From the NCBI GenBank assembly GCA_964577205.1, contig CAZNYG010000003.1, positions 1 through 54,126 of the forward strand: DNA of 54,126 bases, read 5' to 3'. How positions within the stretch are numbered: the first letter of the stretch is position 1; each line of letters begins with the position of its first letter. The notes beneath the pieces were generated by a model. The model did not search any database, was not told where the DNA came from, and worked only from the letters and a program-made list of their open reading frames with translations. A program made the translations under genes and the position numbers. The DNA is from an uncultured Elusimicrobiales bacterium. GTDB lineage: Bacteria > Elusimicrobiota > Endomicrobiia > Endomicrobiales > CAIRNS01. Shown here in pieces: positions 20,247 through 28,682 of this stretch.

Positions 20247-21965
20247 CTACAGGTATTTTTTCAGCGCTTCAAATACCATGTCCACCGTCACCCCATCCAT
20301 GCAGGTACGCGCGGAGCATGACCGGTTGCGGCAGGGCTGGCACGGCACCCGGTGACGGACGATAGTGACCTTTGAACCGCGCTCACGGTGGATATAAGGC
20401 CCTGTCCTTCCCGGATCGGTCGGGCCGAGGATCCCCACGACAGGGATCCCGATCGCTACCGCGAGATGCATGGGGCCGGCTTCATTCCCGACGAACGCGC
20501 GCGCGCGACGGTAGAACGCGCATAATGCCCTCAGCGAGAGCCGTCCCGTAAGGTCAGCGGCTTTCGAACGGGCAATTGAAAGTATTTCCTCGTTCAAACC
20601 CTTTTCCCCCGCGCCGCCTTCTTTTCCCCCTATCAGTACCGGCACGGCACCCACCGCGGATATCCGGTCGATAAGAGCGGCAAAACGTCCGGGAGCCCAC
20701 CGGCGGGACGTCCATCCTCCTCCGGGATGCACAGCGACAAGTGGCCGCCCGTCATCGATATTCGTCTCCTTCAGCAGTCGTTCCACCTCATCCGAATCCG
20801 AAGGGCTCACCGCAAAAGGAAATGAAACGGGCCCCGGAGCCGCCCCGATGAACCGCGCGGCGGTAAGATGACGTTCAACGCAGTGCGAGTCTTCCCGGTC
20901 GGGTAATACCTGTTTTGATACGGCCCAGGACAGTTCCTTCATGCCGCGAGTGGCGGCCGAACCGATCCGGAAACGCGCGCCCGCGAGCATGGCCAGGAAT
21001 GCCGACTTGAAAAGGCCGTGAAAATCTATGCTGACATCTATGCGTTTTTCGCGCAGGTGCCGGGAAAACGCGCGGAGATACGATAACGAAAGCCTGTGCC
21101 GGTCGAAAACCACGACCTCGTCGATCAGCGGATTGCCTTCCAGCAGGGGAGCGCACCGCTCGTCAACGACCCACCCGATCCACGCGGAAGGATACGCGGC
21201 CCGTATGGCGGCAAGCGAAGGCAGCGTAAAGATAACGTCGCCGATCCGGCTGGGCTGTATCAACAGTATTTTCGGACGGGGATGAGCGCGAAGGTATGAA
21301 GCAAGGGTCACCTCATCCTGTTCCGGTGCCGCATCGAGAGACACCCTGAAAGCCATGTCGCCAAGAGCGCTGAGTGAAAGCAGGGAATCCTGTATCTGTT
21401 TGCGCTTTTGTTCGATGCCGTCTTCAGGAGCGACCGTGACGGGATCGCCGTACAACATGGCGGTACGGGTAAAAGGATGCGGCAGGCGGAACCTGTCCCA
21501 GGAAGAGAACGTCCACGCTTTCGCGTACGCCGCGGCAACGGGGATGACCGGGCATCCGCTTTTCTGAGCGAGGAGAGCTATACCGGGTTTCACTTCGTGA
21601 CGGGGGCCTTTCGGCCCGTCAACGGTAATGGCGCAGCATATGCCTTTTTTCGCTTTACGTATCGCGTCGGCCAGAGCGCGGCCGCCGCCGCGCGTTGACG
21701 AACCCCGGACAGCCCGGTATTTGAACCGCTCAAGGACACCCACTATCAATTCGCCGTCACGGGACCGGCTTGCCATGATGGCAATGCCCTGGCTCCGGTG
21801 GTGATACAACGCCACGAACTGGTCGCCGTGCCACAACGCATAAAGGACCGTTCCCCTGAATGCCTCCGGCCCAGCCGCTGCGGAGCGTATTTCACTGATC
21901 GACAGCGTCGCACCGACTGCACGGTACACCAGCCATCCGACAAAAGAAACGATTCGCGTTATCAT
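20247..21965 (-). CDS. Fusion protein: N-terminal DUF374 (LPLAT-like acyltransferase) + C-terminal GT9 heptosyltransferase
   Basis: 572 aa. Residues ~1-200 match the DUF374 pattern (LYALWHGDQF....SRSRDGELI..VLERF.YRAVRGSS.RGG.RAL......K.G....ITVDGPKGP). Residues ~235-572 are a full GT9 (ILLIQPSRIGDVIFTLPSL...GNEAGPMHLAVAIGIPVVGILGPTDP...CQPCRNRSC). Confidence 0.75.
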   Translation of the reverse strand: MITRIVSFVGWLVYRAVGATLSISEIRSAAAGPEAFRGTVLYALWHGDQFVALYHHRSQGIAIMASRSRDGELIVGVLERFKYRAVRGSSTRGGGRALADAIRKAKKGICCAITVDGPKGPRHEVKPGIALLAQKSGCPVIPVAAAYAKAWTFSSWDRFRLPHPFTRTAMLYGDPVTVAPEDGIEQKRKQIQDSLLSLSALGDMAFRVSLDAAPEQDEVTLASYLRAHPRPKILLIQPSRIGDVIFTLPSLAAIRAAYPSAWIGWVVDERCAPLLEGNPLIDEVVVFDRHRLSLSYLRAFSRHLREKRIDVSIDFHGLFKSAFLAMLAGARFRIGSAATRGMKELSWAVSKQVLPDREDSHCVERHLTAARFIGAAPGPVSFPFAVSPSDSDEVERLLKETNIDDGRPLVAVHPGGGWTSRRWAPGRFAALIDRISAVGAVPVLIGGKEGGAGEKGLNEEILSIARSKAADLTGRLSLRALCAFYRRARAFVGNEAGPMHLAVAIGIPVVGILGPTDPGRTGPYIHRERGSKVTIVRHRVPCQPCRNRSCSARTCMDGVTVDMVFEALKKYL

Positions 21966-23218
21966 CAGGAATTGATCAGCGAACGGATGATCTCTTCGGT
22001 CCGGTTCAAAGCTCCCCTCTGCTTTTCCACTGCGTGTTTTGCCCGCGCCCCGGCCCTCGAGCGGATGGAAGGATCGGAGAAAAGACGTTCCAGGGTCGTA
22101 ACAAGGTCGGGCGCGTCCTTCACCATGAAGCCCCCGCCTGATTCGGTAAGAGTGTTCGCTTCCGTGCGGAAATTTTCCATGCTCGGTCCGAAAATGACCG
22201 GCCGGTCATAGGCCGCGGGCTCGATCGGGTTCTGGCCGCCTTTAGGCACAAGGGAGCCACCGACAAAAGCGACATCCGCTATCGAATAGAGTTTCAATAG
22301 TTCGCCGAACGTATCAAGTATCAGGCAGGAACATCCGCTCATTTCCCCGCCCGAGCGCCTGCAATACGCGATCCCCGCGCCCCGTAGTATCTTTTCCACC
22401 GCTTTCGCCCGGTTCAGATGACGCGGCGCTATGACAAGTTTAAGCCGCGGGAATTTAACCCGGAGGTTCTGCCAGGCGTTCACGATGATCGCTTCCTCAT
22501 CCGAGCGGGTGCTGCCGCACACAAGAAGAAGGTCTTCCGGAGCGAAGCCGAAATCCTCTTTCTTCAACCGGAGATCGGGGAATTCCCTGTCGTATTTGAT
22601 GTTCCCGGTCAGGAAGACCCGTTTTGACGGATATCCGAGACGGATGAACCGCTCGGCGTCTTCTTCCGAACGGGCCGCGATATAGTCGATATTCAGCATG
22701 AAATGGCGCCAGAACGCGCGCAGGGACCGGTAATACGGATACGAATCTACGGACAAACGCCCGTTGATAATGATGACCCTGACCCCTTCCCGCGCCGCGG
22801 TCGAGATCATTCCGGGCCATATCTCCGTCTCAACGATAAGCAGGGCACGCGGTGAAAAGATGCCTGTGAAACGTTTCACAAGGAACGAAAGATCAAGCGG
22901 GGCGAAGAACACGTACGGGGTTATCCCGTTCCTCAGCGCGTAATCGCGTCCGGTCCGGGTAAGCGTTGTCATAACGACGGCAAACTCTTTGAAGCGGGGG
23001 ATCAGCGGCTCGACCGCGCGGACCTCGCCCAGCGAAGCGCAGTGTATCCAGATCACCGGCTTTTCAGGGTCGGTCAGAGGATACCGGCAGGCCGTCACCC
23101 GTTCTTTCCAGCCTGCGAACAAACGTTCATTCCCCCTGAACATAGCTCTGATCGAGAAATAGGCAAGAACGGGAATGAGAAAAAGAATGAGAATGAGGTT
23201 GTACGCGAAGAGTAACAC
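21965..23218 (-). CDS. waaA: 3-deoxy-D-manno-octulosonic acid (Kdo) transferase
   Basis: 417 aa, GTG start. WIHCASLGEV motif, followed by ETEIWP and GGSL.P.GGQNP.EPAA blocks. Confidence 0.9.
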   Translation of the reverse strand: MLLFAYNLILILFLIPVLAYFSIRAMFRGNERLFAGWKERVTACRYPLTDPEKPVIWIHCASLGEVRAVEPLIPRFKEFAVVMTTLTRTGRDYALRNGITPYVFFAPLDLSFLVKRFTGIFSPRALLIVETEIWPGMISTAAREGVRVIIINGRLSVDSYPYYRSLRAFWRHFMLNIDYIAARSEEDAERFIRLGYPSKRVFLTGNIKYDREFPDLRLKKEDFGFAPEDLLLVCGSTRSDEEAIIVNAWQNLRVKFPRLKLVIAPRHLNRAKAVEKILRGAGIAYCRRSGGEMSGCSCLILDTFGELLKLYSIADVAFVGGSLVPKGGQNPIEPAAYDRPVIFGPSMENFRTEANTLTESGGGFMVKDAPDLVTTLERLFSDPSIRSRAGARAKHAVEKQRGALNRTEEIIRSLINS

Positions 23219-23242
23219 GATCAGAGGATCCTTTACATATTA

Positions 23243-23414
23243 AAAAGGCGTTCATGAGTTGATGAGTTCATGGGCTCATGAGTGCACGTCAACAGCTGCG
23301 ATCGCCGAGGGTACTCGTTTTTATCAAAAGCAGTGAAAATCTGCCTTTTGATATTCATTCCTTCGCGTCGCTAACTCATGAACTTATCAACTTATGAACT
23401 CTTGAACGCCTTTT
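23243..23414. repeat. Intergenic hairpin element (B): 40-bp arms made of GTTC-N4 octamer units, ~92-nt centre
   Basis: Left arm AAAAGGCGTTCATGAGTTGATGAGTTCATGGGCTCATGAG (23243-23282). Right arm CTCATGAACTTATCAACTTATGAACTCTTGAACGCCTTTT (23375-23414). 33 of 40 positions are complementary by hand count. An internal hairpin ATCAAAAGCAG/CTGCCTTTTGAT lies near 23322-23352. Confidence 0.65.
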
Positions 23415-23416
23415 AC

Positions 23417-23994
23417 TTATTTGCTGCCGCGCTTTTTTTGCGGGGCCCAGAAGTGAATGCCGCAGGAGGAATACCGCGGAACGAAACATCCTTCAGCCGT
23501 CAGCGACACGCCTATCTTTCCGGCGTTCAGAAATCCGTTGACGTGGTTCCAGGCCTGCTCAGACATCACCTGCTGATGCCCGGACAGCTCGCAGCTTTCT
23601 TCACGCGCCTCTTCGTTCATCAACCGCTGCACGAACGAAACAGTCTGTTCCAGCGCTTCCAGCGCCACCGCGTGAAGGATATCATTGACCATGGTTTCCC
23701 CCCGCTTAGAGGCGTCCCTTATGGCTTCTTCGACTTCCGTCCCGACAGTGACGGCATAGGCGCCAAGGGCTACCCATTTATCCGGAGGGCTGATCATCAT
23801 TTCAGGCGGGATCTTGTCCTTCTGCTGCGCGTCGTAGACGGCGGCGGGGTGAATGAACGGCTGCAGCCGCCTGCTTTCACGCAGCACTTCCTCTTCCAGC
23901 TGCGCGGTGACAGCGGTGATGCGGGTCGTCGTCTTCAGGATCCGGATGATCTCCCGCGAGCGGCAGTTGATCCGGAAGTTCTTTATCTTTTTCA
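23417..23994 (-). CDS. Methionine-synthase B12-activation-domain-like protein (divergent)
   Basis: I use the GTG start at 23994, just after the secF stop; the ORF-track start 24079 would overlap secF by 82 nt. The layout matches stand-alone Met_synt_B12-like proteins (AVTVGTEVEE.I......G.M....ILHAVALEALE......V...; IGVSLTAEG...P..S). The usual SPGYGD block is not conserved. Confidence 0.4.
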
Positions 23995-23997
23995 CGG

Positions 23998-24927
23998 TTA
24001 TTTTGCTTTGGCCGTTTTCCCGAAGGACTGCACGCGTTTCTTCTTGCGCTCTTCCCACTCGTACACGATGGGGCTGCACACGTAAATGGAAGAATAGGTG
24101 CCGACGATCGATCCCATGACCATGGCGAACGCGAAATCGTTAATGACCTCGCCGCCCAGGAAATACAGAGAAAGGACCACCGCGAACACCGTTGAGTTGG
24201 TTATGATTGTACGCGACAGCGTGTCGTTGATGCTCCGGTTGATGATAGATCCGAAATCTTCCTTGCTGAGGAGTCGCAGGTTCTCACGGATACGGTCGAA
24301 CACGACTATGGTATCGTTGATCGAAAAGCCGGCGATCGTAAGCAGCGCGGCGATAACGGTAAGGTTTATTTCGCGTCCCAGCATCACGAATATGCCGAAC
24401 ACCACGAGGCAGTCATGGACGATACCGACCACGCCGGCGAATCCCCAGATGCTCGAATGGAACCGGAAGGCCACGTAGATGATGATCCCGATGAACGAGA
24501 ATATCATCGCGTAAAAAGCCTGCTTGCCCAGATGCCTTCCGACCGCGGGGCCGACGAACTCAACGCGGTCGACTGTCATTGAGTTCTGCTGGAATTTCTC
24601 TCTCAACGCGGCAGAGGTCTTCGCGGAGAACGCATCCTCATTAACCCCGGACTGTTTGGCCCTTATGATGACGGAGTTGTGGGAACTTTGCAGTTCGACC
24701 TTTCCCAGGCCGATATTGTCGAGCCCGGAACGGACGTCGTCCAGACTGACCGGCTGCGCGAAGGTCACCTGCATCAGAAGCCCGCCGCTGAAGTCGATAC
24801 CGTAATTCGGGCCGCGGACGATAAGCGACACGATGCTGCCGAGGATCAAAGCTCCCGAGATCGCGAAGAACAGGTAGCGTTTTCCAAGGAAGTCTATTTT
24901 TGTATCTTTCAGAAAAGAAAATTGCAC
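23998..24927 (-). CDS. secF: Protein translocase subunit SecF
   Basis: 309 aa. GIDFSGG, SINDTIVVFDRIREN and six TM segments. Follows secD. Confidence 0.95.
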   Translation of the reverse strand: MQFSFLKDTKIDFLGKRYLFFAISGALILGSIVSLIVRGPNYGIDFSGGLLMQVTFAQPVSLDDVRSGLDNIGLGKVELQSSHNSVIIRAKQSGVNEDAFSAKTSAALREKFQQNSMTVDRVEFVGPAVGRHLGKQAFYAMIFSFIGIIIYVAFRFHSSIWGFAGVVGIVHDCLVVFGIFVMLGREINLTVIAALLTIAGFSINDTIVVFDRIRENLRLLSKEDFGSIINRSINDTLSRTIITNSTVFAVVLSLYFLGGEVINDFAFAMVMGSIVGTYSSIYVCSPIVYEWEERKKKRVQSFGKTAKAK

Positions 24928-24938
24928 GGTATCTCCTC

Positions 24939-26357
24939 CTATATCTTTATCGTCTCGATGATTCTCTCGCGGAACAGGAACTCATAGATCAGTTTGGTCA
25001 CGGTGATCGCGGTGAACATGCTGATCGCGATACCGATGGTCAGCGTGACGGCGAATCCCTTAATGGGCCCCGTGCCGAACTGGAACAGGAAAATGGCGGC
25101 GATCAGCGTCGTCAGGTTCGAGTCCAGGATGGTCGTAAATGCCTTCTGGTAACCGGCGTCCAGCGCGAGCCGTGCCGTTTTTCGCGCGGCCAGCTCTTCG
25201 CGGATACGTTCAAGGATAAGGACGTTGGCATCAACGGCCATACCCAGCGTCAGCGCGATACCCGCGATGCCGGGCAGCGTCAGCGTGAAGTGGAAATAGG
25301 CCATGACTCCCATCAGTATGAACAGGTTGAGGAAAAGCGCCACGTTCGCGATCATGCCCGATGCCCCGTAGTATACCGCCATGAAAAGCCCTACCACAGC
25401 GCAGCCGACCAGAGAGGCGATTATGCCGGCCTTGATGGAATCTTCGCCCAGTGAAGGCCCTACGGTACGTTCTTCGATGATCCTGACCGGCGCGGGCAGC
25501 GCGCCAGCGCGAAGCACCGTCGCGAGCAGGCGGGCGTCTTCCATCGTGAAGTTGCCTTCGATGATCGCCTTGCCGTCCGGGATGCTTGACCGGATAACAG
25601 GAGCCGACTGCACGATGCCGTCAAGCACGATGGCAAGGTTGCGTTCGATGTTCGCCTCGGTAACGGCCGCGAACAGGCGCGCGCCGTCTTTATTGAACTC
25701 GATGGCAACGTTAGGGTAACCGAAATCGCCGCCAAGCTCGACTTTCGCGTTCACCAGGTAGGCGCCGGTAAGTTCAGGCGTCGATTTCACCAGGAAATAC
25801 TGGTTTTCCTTCCCCTGGAGTATTTCCAATCCCTGCGGGACAAGCTTCGCGATCTCGGGATATGACTTAAGTTCTTCGATCGTCGCGTTCTTCTTGCGCA
25901 GCTGTTCGGTAACGTCGTTGATGACCGTGCTGTTGTTCTCTACCAGGCGGAATTCCAGGAGCGCCGTTTTGCCGATCAGGTCCTTGGCGCGGCCCGGGTC
26001 TTTGATGCCCGGCAGCTGCACCACGATCCAGTGGTCTCCCTGGCGGGCGATGAGAGGTTCCGCGACGCCGAACTGGTCGACGCGGTTGCGGACGATCTCG
26101 ATGGCGCGGTCGATGGCGTCTCTGACGTTCATGGCGGGATCAAGCTTTGAGGCGTCAAGCTCCAGCAGGAGATGCGTACCCCCGCGGAGGTCCAGGCCGA
26201 GGTTCAGCACTTTCCCAAGCTTCTTGTCCTTCATCTTCTCCATCTGTTCTCTTTCCTGAGGCGTTGAGCGGTACCAGTCCCAGGTCGGGTACAGGAAGTA
26301 GCAGGACAACCCCAGCAACAGCACAGTGATGATGGTTTTGATCTGCAGTTTTGTCAT
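24939..26357 (-). CDS. secD: Protein translocase subunit SecD
   Basis: 472 aa. LGLDLRGG, a periplasmic P1 domain, and a C-terminal RND-like TM bundle with AVDANVLILERIREE. Confidence 0.95.
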   Translation of the reverse strand: MTKLQIKTIITVLLLGLSCYFLYPTWDWYRSTPQEREQMEKMKDKKLGKVLNLGLDLRGGTHLLLELDASKLDPAMNVRDAIDRAIEIVRNRVDQFGVAEPLIARQGDHWIVVQLPGIKDPGRAKDLIGKTALLEFRLVENNSTVINDVTEQLRKKNATIEELKSYPEIAKLVPQGLEILQGKENQYFLVKSTPELTGAYLVNAKVELGGDFGYPNVAIEFNKDGARLFAAVTEANIERNLAIVLDGIVQSAPVIRSSIPDGKAIIEGNFTMEDARLLATVLRAGALPAPVRIIEERTVGPSLGEDSIKAGIIASLVGCAVVGLFMAVYYGASGMIANVALFLNLFILMGVMAYFHFTLTLPGIAGIALTLGMAVDANVLILERIREELAARKTARLALDAGYQKAFTTILDSNLTTLIAAIFLFQFGTGPIKGFAVTLTIGIAISMFTAITVTKLIYEFLFRERIIETIKI

Positions 26358-27043
26358 CAGAGCAGTTTCCTTTCGTTTATGATTAGTTCGAAACTACATT
26401 TCAGGAATTTCGCGGCGCGGCGGCACATGATCATGCGCGACATGAATATCTCGAAATACTCCATCACCTGGGACACGCGCGTGTCGATCGTCAGGTCCAG
26501 CGTGATGATCCTCCGGTGGTTGTCCACTTTAAGGAACGAACGTTCCGCGGCGAAATTGACCCGGTCATGGATGTCAACCGCGATCATGGTCGGGTTCCTG
26601 ACGCGGCCCTTGTGCACGTCCGACTTGTCTCCGAGGATCAGAGCGGCGGCCACCGGATTTATCGGTTCCCCGATCTCCTCCTCGTGATTGCCGATGGCGG
26701 AAATGATCAGCGCGACCTCGTCCGGCGTCGCGCCCATCTGGTTCAGTATCCTCATGGCGATCAGCGCGGCCGACTGCCCGTGGTCCTGCCGGTTCACGAC
26801 GTTGCCTATATCGTGCAGATAACCCGCGATGCCCGCGAGTTCTGGCAGAGGGTCCGGATACTCCAGCTGCTTAAGGGTCGCGTGGGCCATTGAAGCGACC
26901 ATGCCGACATGTCGGAATCCATGTTCGGTATACCCGACCGCTCCAAGATAATCGTTCGCGGCTTCGATGAAATTATTGACCAGCTGGTTTTTTTTCACGT
27001 CTTCCAGCGTGATGCCGGAATACCGGTGATGAGTGTTATTCAT
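26357..27043 (-). CDS. Stand-alone HD-domain metal-dependent phosphohydrolase (paralogue 1)
   Basis: 228 aa. HGFRH...AGYLHDIGN...DHGQ...ISAIGNHEE...ILGDKSDVH. Clear paralogue of 28679-29344, including the shared C-terminal block VMEYFEIF. The stop overlaps the secD start by 1 nt. Confidence 0.75.
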   Translation of the reverse strand: MNNTHHRYSGITLEDVKKNQLVNNFIEAANDYLGAVGYTEHGFRHVGMVASMAHATLKQLEYPDPLPELAGIAGYLHDIGNVVNRQDHGQSAALIAMRILNQMGATPDEVALIISAIGNHEEEIGEPINPVAAALILGDKSDVHKGRVRNPTMIAVDIHDRVNFAAERSFLKVDNHRRIITLDLTIDTRVSQVMEYFEIFMSRMIMCRRAAKFLKCSFELIINERKLL

Positions 27044-27102
27044 TGTTCGGGAAAAGGGTACGACCGGGGACTGTTGCCGCTCAATGGCAGCCGCGGCGAA
27101 AA

Positions 27103-27495
27103 CTACTTCGTTTCGGCGGGCGCCGCAGGAACGTCCGGCGCAACGACAGTGCTGATGGCGCTGCGGGCGATCTGCACCTTGACGTTCTCCGCGATCCTGA
27201 CCTCAAGGATGTCGCCGCGCACCGCGACGACCGTGCCATACAGCCCGCCGGTAGTAACAATGCGTTCGTCTTTCTTTATGGCATTCAGCAGCTGCTGGTG
27301 TTCCTTTGCCTTTTTCTGTTGAGGGCGTATGAGGAAGAAATAGAATATGACGAAGATAAGAATGAGAGGAAGGAACTGTCCAAGCGGATTACCCGCCGCC
27401 GCCGCGTTGTCCGCCGCGGCCGCCTGCGAAGCCGCCATTGCCAGAGTCCCGAACGTACCTGAAGCAGCTGAAACGGTCTTTTTGATCATGCTCAT
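27103..27495 (-). CDS. yajC: Preprotein translocase subunit YajC
   Basis: I place the start at MSMIKK (SD GGGAGAG upstream) rather than at the ORF-track start 27552, which would overlap tgt. Core FLPLILIFVIFYFFLIRPQQKKAKEHQ plus a GGLYG.V motif. Confidence 0.85.
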   Translation of the reverse strand: MSMIKKTVSAASGTFGTLAMAASQAAAADNAAAAGNPLGQFLPLILIFVIFYFFLIRPQQKKAKEHQQLLNAIKKDERIVTTGGLYGTVVAVRGDILEVRIAENVKVQIARSAISTVVAPDVPAAPAETK

Positions 27496-27530
27496 CGGCG
27501 CTTTCTCTCCCTTGATGGAGCGACCGGCGG

Positions 27531-28682
27531 TCAGTTTTCGAGTTTCAGCCATCGGGACATGAATTCCCGCTTGGCTTCGCGAAAGCGGTCCGCGCTGATC
27601 GCGTTCCGTATTTTATCAAGCAATTGTAGCATAAAATGTATATTGTGTAAAGATAAAAGCCGCAGGGCCAGCAGCTCCTGCGCCCTGAACAGATGGTTCA
27701 GATAGGCGCGGCTGTACCGCTTGCAGACCGGACAGCCGCATTCCGCGTCGAGCGGCCCGAGATCACTCAGGTATTCCGCGTTCTTTATGTTGACTTTCCC
27801 GCCCGAGGTGAATGCCTGCCCGTTCCTCCCGTTCCGGGTGGGCAGCACGCAGTCGAACATATCGATGCCCCGTTCAACGGCCTCCCAGATATCTTCCGGC
27901 ATGCCGACACCCATGAGATAATGCGGGCGGCCGGCGGGCAAAAGAGGGACCGTGGCTTCAAGAACGGCCGCCATCTCGTCTTTGGGTTCCCCCACCGAAA
28001 GGCCTCCCAGCGCGTAGCCCGGGAACCCGATCTCTATCATGCGTTCGGCGCTTTCCCTGCGCAGGTCCGGATAGACAGACCCCTGAAGAATGCCGAAAAG
28101 AAGCTGTCCCGCGGGTGATTTTTCTTCCAGCGAGGTAAAGGAGTCCATGCAGCGGCGCGCCCATCTAACGCTGAGATCCATAGAGCGGCGCGCGTATTCG
28201 TACGTGCACGGATATGGCGGGCATTCGTCAAAACACATGATGATGTCAGCCCCGATATCCTTCTGCACCAGCATAGATCTTTCCGGGGTGAAAAGGTGAA
28301 GGGAACCGTCTATGTGGGAACGGAACTCCACTCCGTCCTCGCTGATGCGGCGCAGCGTGGCCAGGCTGAAGATCTGGAAACCGCCGGAATCGGTGAGCAT
28401 GGGCCTGTTCCATCCGTTGAAACGCTGTATCCCCCCGGCCTTAGCGATAATATCCGTTCCCGGACGAAGATAAAGATGATAAGAATTCGCGAGAATGATC
28501 TCGGCGCCGGCCTGTTCCAGCTCTTCCTGCGAGACGCTTTTGACCGATCCCTGCGTCCCTACCGGCATGAAAACGGGCGTTTCAACGGTACCGCGGGCGG
28601 TATGCAGGCGGCCGCGGCGCGCAGCGCATTGTGACGACGAGGACAACAGTTCAAACGTGCCCGGCGCCGGAAGGACGCTCAT
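27531..28682 (-). CDS. tgt: Queuine tRNA-ribosyltransferase
   Basis: 383 aa. TPVFMPVGTQG, LTDSGGFQ, GYALGGLSVGE, and the Zn site CGCPVC...H. Confidence 0.95.
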   Translation of the reverse strand: MSVLPAPGTFELLSSSSQCAARRGRLHTARGTVETPVFMPVGTQGSVKSVSQEELEQAGAEIILANSYHLYLRPGTDIIAKAGGIQRFNGWNRPMLTDSGGFQIFSLATLRRISEDGVEFRSHIDGSLHLFTPERSMLVQKDIGADIIMCFDECPPYPCTYEYARRSMDLSVRWARRCMDSFTSLEEKSPAGQLLFGILQGSVYPDLRRESAERMIEIGFPGYALGGLSVGEPKDEMAAVLEATVPLLPAGRPHYLMGVGMPEDIWEAVERGIDMFDCVLPTRNGRNGQAFTSGGKVNIKNAEYLSDLGPLDAECGCPVCKRYSRAYLNHLFRAQELLALRLLSLHNIHFMLQLLDKIRNAISADRFREAKREFMSRWLKLEN

